Shown: positions 27,481-41,065 of the stretch, in pieces
Numbering within the stretch: the first letter of the stretch is position 1
Layout of the letters: each line of letters starts with the position of its first letter
Assembly: GCA_028534125.1 (NCBI GenBank)
Contig: CM052818.1
Coordinates: forward strand, 48,610,001 to 48,674,000
Length of the DNA stretch: 64,000 nucleotides
Origin: Lama glama
Taxonomy: Eukaryota
Reading direction: 5' to 3'
The notes under the pieces: model-generated
Seen by the model: the letters and a program-made list of their open reading frames with translations, nothing else
What the model was told of the DNA's origin: nothing
Databases searched by the model: none
Position numbers and translations under genes: made by a program

Positions 27481-29979
27481 GGATGGCTGTTAGAAAGAAA
27501 TGCCGTGCAGACACTGTTGGATAATAACTTTCTTCTAAGAGTCACCTCGGGGTGTTTTCCACTGTGATGAGGCAAAGAGATTCACTCCTTTTGAAGGAGA
27601 CTGTGCTTGGTGTCCCTTCCCTTCTGGAGGTAAGCGGTTAAGGAGGGTGCACAGTGCAGTCTGTCTGAAAGACGCAGACCCGGAAGTCCAGAAAACATGG
27701 TGCAACTCCAGGCGCTGTTTATCTTGAACGTTTCTCCTGAAAGGCTGAGTCCCAGAATCACAGAGAAGCCACAGAAACGTACTGGAAGCAAAGTAGCGTT
27801 CTCACCTGTCACTACGTTTTGCTGGAGGTTGACCTTGGGAAGGTCATCGTCAAATACTTGCCTTGAGACTCTCCATATCCACAGAATGGGAGTGACAAAA
27901 TCTTCCTTGTCTGTCTCCAGATTTGTCTCCAGACCAAGGTGACAACTGCTTGTGACAATATCATAAAACAGAACATGGTATAGAGCATGGGGAGTATTCT
28001 TTTCCTCCATTGTCAAAGGACCCTTATTACACTAGGGCATAGAATCAGCGTGTATTCATGTGTATGTTTTCAAATGGACTACAGGAGGGTTAAGACCCGT
28101 GTTAGGAGACCCGTGTGTGTATATAAGTTAGATCTTAATTCAGTTGCTTTTTAAAAAGTTGGACAGATTTCTCTGTGCATCTGGGTGCATCAGGCCAACT
28201 TTTGAACAAGTGATATAAAAGCAAAAGCAAAAACAAAAACATAAAACCCGAGTGTGAACATACTGATAATCTGTACGTGTACGTTTTGCTTCGGTGCACT
28301 TTCCCGCGTGCTGTTAGGCCGTTTGCTTTCTCCTGGCGTTTTAAACAGAGACCTCTGAGTAGGACCCTGCAGAGTCATCCCAGAGAGTCCCCGAGCCAGG
28401 ACGGTGGAGAAGGGCTGGGTGGGGCCGAGGTCAGGGACTCCTCTGTCTCTGAAGTCACTGGAGGTGCTCCACGCCCAGCACCGTCAGATCCACCTTTCAA
28501 CTTTGTACCTAGTTTGCAAGGCGCCGAGTGGGCCTCCTCCCACTACTCAGCCCTACGTACACTTCTGGGTTAACCCTGAAATCCACCATTCATTCATCTC
28601 AACGTTTTGACTGGCTCTCTCACCCAAACAGATAAAGCAAAACCTCTTTTTCTGACACTGGAGAAATTTCTTTGTTAAATAGGAACATCGTTTTAAAGAA
28701 TCAATAACACCAATGTATTGGTGTTAATGTGACATTAAATCTTGGGCGCTTTTTTCCCCAGGACTAATGCAGGTCCTTCAGCTAGGGGCAGGGTGACCTG
28801 ATGGCTTGTAGGAAAGGACAGTACGTAGCTGCAATATTAAATCTCAGGTGAACTCACCATGGGATTTGTGACATATTTAATGTGTGAGCAATGTTTGTCC
28901 AAAAATATATACAGATTTTCCTACTTAGTGTCAGGAAATAGCGCTGGACATGAAGATAACTAGTTGTCCCTGATCAAATGTGGAGCGCGTGCTCACGGAG
29001 GTGTGTAAGTTGCCTACCACTGAGAGTTACTGCTCGAGTATAGAATTTATGCTCCCAATCCCTCATGTCACTCAGGATGACTCACTTTGGAATGAATGGC
29101 TTTAAAAGTCACAGGGATTTTGGTGGCTTAATTGAACACAGGGAAATAAAAGCATCTAAGTGAGACTTTCATTGAAATGAGAAAAACTTGGCCTTTTAAC
29201 ATCTCTTTAAAAAAAAAAACAAACCTCAAATACAATCATTTTCTCTCTCTCTTGTAAAGAAAACAGATTACATTTCAGTTGGACTGCTAGGGTGTTTGTG
29301 TTAGAGGAAGGCCAGGGTGTCCTATAGGAGAGGCTCATTCCAGGAACGTTCTTTGCAAAACTTTGCTCTTTCCCTGGCCCGGCCCCCTGCTCAGTGTTTG
29401 GCTCCGCCTGGACGGTGATGATGCTTTCTACTGAAGCATCCTTCTCCGCACCGGCCACGACTCTGCATCTCAGCTGCTCTTTCAGACCGCGCCCTGCCAT
29501 CTCCGTAAGGACTCGCTGCTCCCCAGACACCTGTCTGAGCCTCGTCTCTCCAGAGACTCCCTTTAGAAAGCTGCTGTCACCACCGTATGCTGTTCCTTCT
29601 GCCTCGTCCCAGACTCCCCGAGCGACGATCCCTCTGCAGCAGCTCTGGCCACCGTGGTGCCATCCTCCTGCCTGGAGACAGCAGTGCCCGGCGTGGGCAG
29701 GTGTTCAGATGCAGGAGCTGCGGTTGCAGGTGTAGGGGAGCCAGGTGCTTCATGAGCCTTGGTGCCTCTGGCTGCAGATGGAGCCGCAGGGAGGGACCCT
29801 TAACGGCAGAGCTGGCTGCCTGCCAGGACTCCCGCTGGCCCTGGGCACAGACACCTGGCCTGGCCACCGTCGGCCATTTATCAAGGATGCACGGTGTCCT
29901 GAACTCACCACTTCCCCCGCCCCTGCGCTCCCATTCCCTCCCAGGATTTATGCTCTGTCTGATCCCCTTGCTCAGGTTA

Positions 29980-30275
29980 AGCCCTTGCTACTAAAACCTG
30001 GTCCCCAACCAGCAAAACTGACATCATCTGGAAGCTTCCTAGAAATGCAGGCCCTCAGAAATCAGCACCCCATCCACTTTGCTGCGTCACTTCAGATACT
30101 GCTTCAGTCCCTGCAGTGTGGCCTGAGGGTCCTGGAACATCCCCAATGGTTCTCCAGGTCACCATCTCACCTCTCACCTTGGCCCTGAATCAAACTGAAT
30201 TGAATCGAATCAGATTGGAAGCCGCATTTTCACGAGCTCCCAGGTGATGGGTGGAGTGCACTGGGGGTCCAGGGA
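29980..30275. mobile_element. MER5A-like hAT DNA transposon relic, interrupted
   Basis: cttgctactaaaacctggtccccaaccagca...catcatctggaagcttcctagaaatgcag...gaatcaga...gcattttcacgagctcccaggtgat. Confidence 0.6.
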
Positions 30276-31654
30276 GCCCCGCCAGCCACCTGCCCAGACC
30301 CACGACGTGGGGTTGTTGACCAGACCACTGACCTGTCATTTCCTTGCTCAAAACCTTTCAGAGACACCCACTGTCTCCTGAAATGGGGACAAAATCCTCT
30401 GTCTGACCCAGGTATCCTAAGGAAGGCCTGACCGTTCCTGTTCCGGCCACCCCCTCACCACCTCCTGGCTAAACCCTGGCCCTGGGTCACACGCCACCCG
30501 CGGCTAGTGCTGCAGCGAAAGACACGTTGATGTTCCAGTTTTTTCAAACTGGAGCTCAGGCACTTTACAAACATGGATATAAAGCAACAGAGTGAAATCA
30601 AATGTAAGAATTCTAGACAAAGGAAAACCAAGGTTAGAAAAAGCCAGTAAAACAGTAATTCAGCGCAGCCCACCGATGTGTTCCTCGAGGCTCAGGATCC
30701 CTGGGGCCAAATATCCCGCTTCAAGTTCATGGGTCGCCAAGTGCAAAGGGAAGCGGGAAGCCTCGCCCGAACCCTGGGGGCTTTCACGTAAAAACAAACT
30801 AGATGATTTTTCAGAATACATCATTTGTAGCACTGAAGCATGGAGGAACTGTGTTCCCGCGAAACCTCCCTGTGAGAGGACATTTTTGTGAAGAGCATCT
30901 TCTGTGATGGTGTCATAGACTAAATCCGACAGTGAGAGCCCCCTTTTATTTCCACTGTCCTTCACTGTGAGGTGTGAGCCAGCCCTTGGGACCATCCTCA
31001 CACCCCAGAGTTAACAAAATCCCGAGAGGTCAAACAGTAGGATGGAGGGTGCTGCCTCCGTGGACGGACCACGTGCTGCCTGAGGGTTGGAGCAGTGGGA
31101 ACACTGTGCGGGTGTCCTGTCTCCCACGACGCTTACGTCATCAGAGGGTTTCAGCTGAACTCTCTAGAAAAGACCACGACTGCAGAGACTGAGCACTGGT
31201 GATCAAGGACAGATTTCATCAGTCGATGGGGACATGTCTCAATTTTCAAACCATGCTTGCCAGTCCAGTCTTCTCTTCTTGTCAAAGTTAAGACTATTCA
31301 CATACTTGGTTTAGATCATTGTCTCTATGAAGAAGTCAAATATTCTAGAGGTAGTCCCCGCTGACCCTTGAAATGCAATTTTGTATTTTTGTCCACTATA
31401 CCAATAACCGTGATCAGGAATCACAGACGCCATGGAAAAAGTAATGCCTTAAAACTGGCCGATAAATTTATCCTGTGGTCACTTAAACCCTTTCTGACCT
31501 TCCTGGCATTAAAGAAGAAAAATAGTTTCCAGCAAGAAATCAAAATGCAATCCCTTCAAAAGACTCTTGCTTTGATTTCTTCATGGTGTCAACTGACTTT
31601 TAGAGCTTCCTGCAGTGTACAATACTGGAGAGAGAGTAAAGAAAAAGAAAAATA

Positions 31655-32405
31655 CTATATTCATTACCTTGTAGTAGCCTACAATGAAAAAGAATATGAA
31701 AAGGAATATATATATATATATACATTTATAGCCAAGATACAGAAACAACTTGAGTGTCCACTAACAGATGAATTGATAAACATGAATATATATACATACA
31801 ATGGATAATATTATAGATGCGTACACCCAATGGAATATTACTCTGCCACGAGAAAGAAGGGAATTCTGTCATTTGCAGCAACACAGATGGAACTTGATGG
31901 TGTTATGCCCAGTGAAATAAGCCAGACAGGGAAAGACAAATACTGCAGGGCATCATTTATGTGCGGAAACTAATATATATATATATATATTTTAAAATAA
32001 AAATATATATATGTCATTTTGAAGCCAGCCCCACAAAAAGAGCATAGAAGCATGGTTATCAGGTCTGGGAGCTGGGGACATAGACAGAGGTTGTGAAAGG
32101 GCACAAACTTTCAGCTATAAGATGAGTAGCATCTGAGGATCTAATGTACAATGTGCTGGTGGTACTGGACAACATCACAGCATATCGTGGAAATTTGCTA
32201 AGAGAGTAGAATAACCTAAATGTCCCCTCTCCCAAAAGAGACACATCCGTGAGGTGCTGGATATGTTATTAACTAGATGGGGGACTCCTCTCATAATGTG
32301 TGTGTACATATCCACATACCACGACATGCACTTTGAAAATCTTGCAGTTTTATATGTCATTGAATACCTCAATAAAGCTGAAGCCTAAAAAAATATCAAA
32401 TAAAA
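31655..32405 (+). mobile_element. L1 3' region: short young-type fragment (31655-31722) abutting an older L1MA-type 3' end
   Basis: tacaatgaaaaagaatatgaaaaggaatatata, then atagccaagatacagaaacaacttgagtgtcca...atacctcaataaagctg plus an A tail. Confidence 0.88.
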
Positions 32406-32444
32406 ATTAGAAGGTTTGGAGCTACTACACACTCAGCTCTTCTT

Positions 32445-32610
32445 CGTTGATCTCATTTAATCCTGATGGCACCTAGTAAAGTAAGGATTCAAAATTCAAT
32501 TTTAAAGTTAAGGAAACTTCGATTCCGCAACGGTAAGTCACTTAACGCACGTCAGAGGGTTAGCACGTGCCAGAGCCTGGTTCTCATTCAGATTTGCCTG
32601 ACTGCAGAGA
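32445..32610 (-). mobile_element. MIR relic
   Basis: atctcatttaatcct...aaggaaactt...ggtaagtcactt...gccagagcctgg...cagatttgcctgactgcagag. Confidence 0.6.
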
Positions 32611-32624
32611 TCGTTTCAAAATCC

Positions 32625-33260
32625 GTTTCGACAAAAGCTCACTGAGTACCTACGAAGCACATGGTACCTACCGCGCTATATGCTAGAGAGCCACACCAGC
32701 TTTTAAAAGCTTGGTTTCTACCCTCAAGGATTTTATGATCCAGAGGGACAGTCAGGGGTGCAAGCAACTCGGCAAAGCCCTCCGTGAAGCAGCCGCTCCC
32801 CCGTTGGGGGGGATGTAAACAAGGCCGGGTGCGAGACCCAGAGGGGAGGGCTTGCTCTGACTCAGGGATCCAGACACACTTCCAAAAGCAAATGATGTTT
32901 GAGCAATGCCTTGAGGAATGAGTGGGATTTTGTCAGACAGACAAGATGGGAAGAGCACTCTTCTCACTTTACAAGGGCCCCGGATGATGTTTATTCAGAA
33001 GTAGGTAGGAGCATCTGAGGTCATTGTTTCATGTTGTCAAACATCCGTGAACATTTGCACTGAAGTTTCTTTGTCTGGAATGAACCCCTGGAGGGCGGGA
33101 GCCCTGTCCCGCTTCTCTGGTATCAGCGATGCCTGGTGGGTGCCGTGTCCCTCTTCCCTCCGTCAGAGTGCAGTCTGGCGACTGCAACAATGAGTGTATG
33201 TACGTTCCAATAAACCGAAAACTTAGCCAGACCTGAAGAATCTTTATTACATGCATTTTG
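32625..33260. mobile_element. L2 relics
   Basis: cactgagtacctac...ctaccctcaagga, and tgtctggaatgaacccc...gcgatgcctgg, which look like L2 text. Confidence 0.45.
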
Positions 33261-34719
33261 GATGTCGGGTGGTTCGTATCCTTTTCTGTTTAATAACTGT
33301 AGCGTGGTGGACGCATGCACACATTGCTTTTGTTCTCAGTGAGAGAGTGAGAGCAGGCTGGTGCCCTAAGGGCACAGACTTCTGACTCAGCTGCGGTCCA
33401 GGACTTCAGTGCAAAGGCAGCTGGACTGCTGCCCTCGAGAATAAGTGCGAAGGAGCTTCAGTGGTTCTCTCTTTTCAAATCAATCATTTCCTTTCCTTCC
33501 CAAGTCCTAGCACATGCTTGTTTCGGGTCCTTCTGTTCTGTCACTTAACGTGCAGCCTTTTTTTTCTCTTCTGATAAACTGAAGGTCTTAGTAACAAGGG
33601 TCTTCGTTCATTGAGATCACGGGATAGCAAACCATGGAGAGAGGCTGCACTCCCTGTATCACGTTAGGGGACTCATGTGTGTCGTATTTTCCGTCTATGA
33701 ATATGAGTGGTCAGAGTTGTGCTTACACAGAATCGCAGTGTTCTGTGGACCACGGCGCTGGTGCCCTGCAATCACACAGGTGGAGACTCACGGTGAGCTT
33801 ACAACAGAAAGGAACCCAGTGCCAGGTAAATATGTGCATGGATAAATCGTGTTCAGGTACCCCCAGGACTCCTCCGGGGAGCTGAATGCTGTGTAAAGAT
33901 AGACAAACTGAGTATTTGCACACACAACTCGTTGGATGATCTGATGGCTCCTCTAAGTAGAAACTTAGGGTGAAATCAGCTAAGTTCACACATGGTTGTA
34001 ATAGACCTGTGATAGGCATGTGAATGGGCTGCTAGCAGACATGATCTTCAGAGCAAGAGAAGGATGGATTCGCGCCTCCCTCTTCCCTCCCTCCCTCCCT
34101 CCTTCCCTCTCTTTCTTATTAGCGTCTTAAAGGTGTACTTCTTCAAGCTGGATTTGGAGCTTTCTCCACCAGCAGCCTTTCTTCTGAATCACTTGGGTGT
34201 TTCACTGCCGGGAACATGGCTCTTAGACGTTCCCGCTTCCCCACAAGCCAGCATCACCCCTTGGCAAACCCAGATTTCCGACAGCATGGCAGGAGGCTTA
34301 CGCCTCGGAGGAAGGAGCAGCTGCCCTGCAGGTGGTCCTCCAGAAATGCCCCCCAGCGCCCAGAAGGAAGCTGGGTCGGCTTAATTCCACGAAGCAAATT
34401 TAATCATTTGTCTCTTTGTAAATAGGGATGCAGGAAGAAACCAAAAATAATTTCTTGGTAGAGTTCTAACAAAGCAGTTGCTCCTAAAAGCACATATGTC
34501 TAAATGTCCCATTCACAGGATCTGCAGACTTACAAGATTTTCCGGGAGCTGTCAAGTATGTGAGCATGAGTCATGCCAGGGAGATGCAGGATCTCCCATC
34601 TCTTCCTCTGACGTCGCCCTCGTGTGCAGCTCTGAACGCACCATCCGCGTTTACTTAAAGGAAATAAAATGAATTCAGAAGCTTTCGTCCAAGCCAAAGA
34701 AATCCTCCGCATTCTGCCA

Positions 34720-35240
34720 TTTTCCCCTCCCTTTGCTAATTAGGAGCAGCCCCTGTTCATCACACACGAATGCATTCATAGATTTTCAGCTTATGCCTGC
34801 CTTTTGTTTCAGCAAACCATCTGTAAATTAAATCTGCAACAGAAAACCTGCCAACCCAGAAAGCCGTTTAATACTAATTATTGCGTGAGGATAGAAGATT
34901 TGGAGCAATCTTTCGTAATCAGTATCAGAATTTATCTCCGCCTCGATGACAACGCCGTCGAGTAAATCATGCTGATACGCCACTATCTGCATGACTGCTC
35001 TGGGCTCGCACCGGGCCGCTACACGTCTGTCAGGGCTTTCTTTGTAAAGAAACACTTTTTTAAGAATGTTAAAATTGTCAGATAAAATTCTCACCAGTTA
35101 CAAAGGGATCCAGAAAGAGGTCATGATAATTTCTTTTCGTTTCTATCTCAATTAATTGATTTTCCTCTTTGGGTGGATAAATGAGGGCTCAAAGTTACAT
35201 ATCTAGGTTTATTTGGTAAATTGGACTAATAATTCTTTCA
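34720..35240. promoter_or_regulatory. Candidate developmental enhancer ~20 kb upstream of SOX11
   Basis: Repeat-free block with CTAATTAG (34736), ATGATTTAC PBX-HOX-type site (minus, 34962-34970), TGACAG MEIS site (minus, 35027-35032) and palindrome TCAATTAATTGA (35148-35159). Confidence 0.5.
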
Positions 35241-35844
35241 AAGAGAAAAAGTGAACATGTGCAGGTGTCCGTGTGTTTATGCTGGTGAACTCTTGAATTT
35301 TAGGAGCAAGTAGAGCCGAATGGGAACCGACTTGGACATTAACTGCTCACGCCCTGACCATCACTGTGGTCCTCACCGTCACCGTGACTGACAATTACAT
35401 TTATAATGCATAATTACATTTTTGCAAGCACGATGCAGATGGTGGCAGGCAGGCTGCAGGCTGTGCTCCGCCGGGAGGCCCGGGGACACATCACTGGCCG
35501 AGAGTGGCGCAAGCATCACCAGAGGTGGGGGTCTCCCCTCCGCAGGCCGGGCTGGTGCAGGAGCAGCTCCAGCAAGACATGCTCGCAGCTGTTTCATGGG
35601 GAGCTGGCGGCCCCCGCGTGCCTTGCGGGCTCTTTCGCCGCTGGAGTCCTAAGCGCACAAGGACGGTGACTCTGCGTGAGACGGTTCATTGACAGGTATC
35701 CCGGGAGGGTCTGGGCCCCCATCAGTGAGTCGCTGGGTCCAGAAGCACAGCTGAGAAAGGGACGGAGGGCCAGAGAGTAGGAGGGAAGGACGAGGGCCGG
35801 CTGTGGCTGCCGGCCCAACCCCAGCTCCTGAGTGTCGGGTGGAG

Positions 35845-36215
35845 TGTTTCATTCCTGGGTCACCTCGGCTGAACCAGGGTGCCCGGGTGCTGGGTGAAGC
35901 ACTAGTCTAGACATGAAAGTGTTTTCTGGGCAAGATTAGAATTTAAATCCGTAGACTCTGAGTAAAGCAGGTGACCCTCCCCAAATGTGGGGTGGGGCTC
36001 GTCCAACCAGTTGAAGGCCATTGGGTAAGAAAGACTGAGGTCCCTCGAGGAAGGGGGGTCTGCGTCACCGTGGGCTCTGGGCTCGAGCTGCAGCATCCCC
36101 CTTCCCAGGGTCTCCCGCCTGCCCGCCTGCCTGGCAGGTTTCAGCCTTGCCCCCCTCCACAATCACACTAGCCAGCCTCTCTCTCTCATATCTGTATGTG
36201 TTCCGGGGCTCATGG
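35845..36215 (+). mobile_element. MLT2-type (ERVL) LTR
   Basis: gtagactctgagtaaagcaggtgaccctccccaaatgtgggg...ccaaccagttgaaggcc...aaagactgaggtccctcgagga, characteristic of MLT2. Confidence 0.75.
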
Positions 36216-39200
36216 TTTCCTTGTCTGCCCTCCTGGCTGGCCACCTGCTCCATCCGCCAAGTCCTGCTCCCTCCTTTTTATTCTTGGGTGTTGACGGCTA
36301 ATAAGCCTCCTGCACCCCAACTTCATCTCGGCAGCTGCTGGCAGAGACGCCCCCCGTTCCCCTGACGGACCTCCTCCCTGCCTTCTCTTGCGTCTTGCTC
36401 CACGTGGAGACAGAAAAGCAGCTGCTGAGTTTTTGATGGCGAACTATTCTCTCTTCTGGGAAGGATTCTGATGCCACCCACTGAAGGAGCGCTTACTAAT
36501 CCCTCTCAGTTCCCCTCCCACCCTGTGTGTGTGTGCGCACGAACGTGCACACGCGCGAACACGCATGCATCTATGTCCATATACTATATGGACCATATGC
36601 ATAAAACCCCGCATACACACGTGCGAGTATAGTATTGAATCTATTCATACGGCCCTATCGTAGGACGGTCACCTGTGTGTTACACTCACTGTGCGTCTCC
36701 TTCGTGGATAGACTGAACCCGGTGAACATTATCACTGTCTCACCCGCCTCACTCACTGTAGTGGGTCGCCCAGTACGTGAGAGAGAAAGGAAGGAAGGAA
36801 TGCAGGGAGGGGTCAGGACAGGCAGCAGGAGGCAGGGAGCTCGGCTCAAGTCACTACAGAGGCTGAGGAGCTGCTTTAAAAAGATGAGGAACGTTGGTTG
36901 ACCAAGAAGTCTTTGAAATGCAGTTTGAAGAAAGGTCTTGAACCTGCTTCTTACCAGGGGTCATTAGGGGGAAAAAATCCCTACATAATTAAAATGATAA
37001 ATGAAGTAGAATCTTTTGGACCCCCTCTGTAATGAGGAGTCACGCTCTGTACAATATGCTTTAAAAACCTGCTCTCATGTGACCGTCGCCAACATCCCAG
37101 AGCACAGATGGAGCCAATCCGATGGCGTTTTTCCCACGGACAGATGCGGAAACACGAGGCCAAGGTAGCTGACGACTTACATAAGTGACACAGCCGGGCA
37201 GGGAAGGGGCCGTCTCCCCGCCCCAGGGCCTCCCCCACATCGCCTGTGCCTGCAAAGCCGAGCGGTTCTCAGGATGGCCTCTCTATCGCAGACGGCGTAA
37301 CCCTATCCAGCATTGTTTCCGTCATGTCTTAACCTTTTGTGAGCTATTCCAAGGCATGATGGGACCCATAACATCTTTTATGAAAGCATTTATGAGCTTT
37401 TAAAGTACATCATTTTTTAAACTTGGGGATAGAGAAAGGCCTTACACTTTAAATCTTTTGAATTCCTTAGAATTTTCCAATCCGGTACGTTAGCTATACA
37501 TCTCAGTCCATAGCTCAGAGGTTGCAGGAATATAGTTTCCTTTTTGTTTTTCTATAATTCAGCTTAGTTTCTGCTTTGAGTCTCCCGTCAACCAAGCTGG
37601 CAGAGACTAACTCTTGGGTATTTAGGGACAGTTCCATCCCGGCGATGAGGTAAGCGTCTGAGGGCATGTACTGTAAGACTTTTCAGGGGGTGCCTCTGCT
37701 TCTGAAGTCACCTGTGCTCAGTCTTACCTGCTGACACGTCCCTGCCCCGCTGAGGGCCCGAGGGGAGCCAGTCACGGCGTTTCGCTGAGGTGTCCCTGGG
37801 CCTCACCTTGCCTTTCAGGCCGGTCACTGCCCCACGGCTGGGCGTCACGGCGGGGTCCTCCTGCCTCCACGTGCCACGCTGGGGCAGCAGCTTCTCGTCC
37901 ACACTGTGCAAAGCCCCGTCTCCCCAGATCCACTGCTGCACTGTGGCCTGTCTCACTTTTCCTGACTCTTTGGGTTCTTGCTAGGAATCGGGGAACTGGA
38001 CCCTCCACCATCTGCAACTCCACCCTCAACTCTCCTCTTTTCTTCCTAAGAGTTTGGAGAATCTTCATAACGACGAGGGTGGGGTGGTGGTCGGCAGGAA
38101 AGGGAAAGTTCCCCTTAACCCCCCATGTCCTTCAACATTCTGCCTGGCATCTCCTGTGCCCTAAGTCACAGACTTTTCGATCTCGAAGTCAAGTTTCCTC
38201 CCCAGAACTCTGCTGATACCTTCTTCTAGGACGCTGGGCACCCAGGGCGTTCGCGCTGCAACGGGGTTAGAAGCAGAGACCGGGAGTCATGGGTATGAAG
38301 CACAGCGATCATAATTTTTATACCAGCGAATACTCTCAACGCCAGCACCACCACGCAGCCGTGAGAAACCCACGCTCCCGGGGCCTGGGGGCGCGCGTGC
38401 TTTGGGGCAGCCCTCCTTTAGACTGCGTTCAGTCACTTAACAGAAGCTGCCCATTTTACCCCACGCTTGTAGGAGCTGCGTCTTCTTTCTCTGTTTCCCT
38501 GGCCTCCTGCCTTTTCTTCTCTGGGCCCTGCACAGGCTTATTTGATAAATAAGTGAGTCAATGATGCGCAGATTTCTTCAAAGAACTCATAAAACAAAAC
38601 AAAACAAAAGAAAAACTGTCTCATTTAAACAGTCTCCTGCGTCTGCCTCTTTGGGTTTAACGGTAGAAGGTAGAGACCTCGATGGCTCTGACACGGGAGC
38701 GCGGGTACCAGCGTTGTAAAGATGCAGGCACACAGCGCTGGCGTGTGTGCCGCGAGTGGTTGTCTGGAAGCGGCAGGCGTCAATCAGACCGTTCAGTCTG
38801 GAACCCGTTCAGTACACGCGCAGCACACGATCGAAGATTTGCTGATTAAATCACCCAAAGCCGAAAACAGTTACAGTAATTCCAGGCTCCAGTTGGATTC
38901 CGATGTCAAGGCAGACCGTTTGTCAGCACGGAGCTGCTTTAAGCCTGGGAAGTAAACATCACAGGACTGCCTTCCACCCCACTCTGTTCCTCAGCCCTCA
39001 CATTCATCATCGTGCCCAGCAAATCACACATCAAAACGCCATTAAATAATGTTGTTGAATAAGTTTTCTTCTCCTGCACAATTGACTCTAACGCGACCTA
39101 GGAGGCCGTGCTAATAGTTCAGTGGGAATTGACAGTTTCCAGGGAGTGGTCTCCCAATCCTTTTAATTTTTCTTTTATTTCAGGAGAGGTGGCTGCTGAA

Positions 39201-39501
39201 GGGGGATGTGAAATATTATTTCTAAGTGTGGACCCAGATGAAAGTTAAAACCCAGCTGGGTGGCGGATGGGAAATCTGAAAGATGAGTGAGGAGTGTGCG
39301 GTGAGCCGTGTCCCTGAGGGGAGGGCACTACTCCAAGGAAAAACAACAAATATGGCGTCAAGGAAATTGGACTCCAATCTTAGTATTTCTGGGTTTCTCA
39401 TAATTAGGAGGATAGAAATTTGCTTTCTAGTTTCTAAGAATTTACAAACAAGAAATGCTAGAGTCTGGTCTTTTTCATATTTATTTGCCCAATGGCTTCT
39501 T

Positions 39502-40330
39502 GTTCACTGAGGTAGAGTCAGTTTACAATGCTGTGTCAATTTCTGGTGTACAGCACAGCACTTCAGTCATACATGGACACACATATATTCATTTTCATAT
39601 TCTTTTTTCACAATAAGTTACTATAAGATACTAAATAGAGTTCCCTGTGCTGTATAGAAGAAACTTGTTATTTGTCTATTTCTTACACAGTAGTCAGTAT
39701 CTGCAAATCCCAACCCCCTAGTTTATCCCTTCCCACTCCTTTCCTCCCTGGTAACCACAAGTTTGTTTTCTATGTTTGCGATTCTGTTTCTGTTTGTAAA
39801 TAAGTTCATTTGTCTTTTTTTTAGATTCCACATATGAGTGATATCATATGGTATTTTTCTTTCTCTTTCTGGCTTATTTCACTTAGAATGACAATTTCCA
39901 GGTCCATCCATGTTGTCGTAAATGACATTGTTTTATTATTTTTTATGGCTGTGTAGTATTCTATTGTATAATTATACAACTTCTTTATCCATTCATCCGC
40001 TGATGGACGTTTAGGTTGTTTCCATGTTTCTGGCTCTTGTAAATAGCGCTGCTATGAACACTGGGGTGCAAGTATATTTTTGAATTAAAGTTCCCTCTGG
40101 ATATATGCCCAGGATTGGGATTGCTGGATCATATGGTAACACTAATTATCAGAGAAATGCAAATCAAAACCACAATGAGGTATCACCTCACACCAGCCAG
40201 AATGGCCATCATTAAAAAGTCCATGACTGATAAATGCTGGAGAGGCTGCGGAGAAAAGGGAACCCTCCCACACTGCTGGTGGGAATGCAGTTTGGTGCAG
40301 CCACTGTGGAAAACAGTATGGAGATTCCTC
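39502..40330 (-). mobile_element. L1 with 5' inversion (twin priming)
   Basis: 39502-40140 is an antisense L1 3' end. 40141-40330 is a plus-strand ORF2 piece ([25 protein letters not shown]...[19 protein letters not shown]). TSD tggcttctt at 39493-39501 and 40333-40341. Confidence 0.92.
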
Positions 40331-40439
40331 GGTGGCTTCTTAGCTGAGAACACAAGGAAGTCATTCAGGACAAAAATTGTGAAAGGCGTCCAGCCCTTAG
40401 AAGCTAGTAAAAGGTATCGGAAAGAATCTAGGTTCGTAA

Positions 40440-40640
40440 TCAACAGAGCTGGGCTTGATCTCTGGCACTGCTCTCCACTAGCTGTGCAGCTGGGCAAGTT
40501 CCTTCATCTCTTTGGCTGTTTCTCAATCTGCAAAATGGGGGCAATATAATCTAAGCATTCCTGTAAGGATTAGAAAAACACCACCTGGCAGAGTCTGTGG
40601 TGCGTAGCAGGCTTTCCCTACATGCTGGAAAATTTTATCA
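40440..40640 (+). mobile_element. MIR SINE
   Basis: ctctccactagctgtgcagctgggcaagttccttcatctct...tctgcaaaatggggg. Confidence 0.75.
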
Positions 40641-40699
40641 GCTGTTAGATCAAATGACAGTAAAAGAAGCAGGAGGGACCGGATCAAAGACACTGAAAT

Positions 40700-41065
40700 T
40701 TATACCATATCACATCATTTATATATAAAATCTTTAAAAAAAAAAAGCAAAAAGGACACAAACGAACTTATTTACAAAATCAGATACAGACTCACAGACA
40801 TAGAAAACAAATTTATGGTTACCAGGGGAAAGGGGGGGATGTGGAAGGATAAATTGGGAGTTTGGGATTAGCTAATACTAACTACTGTATATAAAATAGA
40901 TAAACAACAAGGTCCTACTGTGCAGCACAGGGAAGTCTATTCAATATCTTGTAATGACCTATAATGAAAAAGAATATGGAAAGAATATGTGTATATGGAT
41001 AAATGAGTCACTGTACTGAACATCAGAAATTAACACACTCTACATTCCCTTCAAAAGAGAAAAAA
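40700..41065 (+). mobile_element. L1 3' end (cetartiodactyl-type)
   Basis: gaacttatttacaaaa...acagactcacagacatagaaaacaaatttatggttacca...cacagggaagtctattcaatatcttgtaatgacctataatgaaaaagaatatg. Confidence 0.92.

Noticed and set aside
40115..40549. 144-aa ORF with L1 ORF2 similarity
   Set aside because: Chimera of the L1 inversion junction, flank and MIR. Not a gene.
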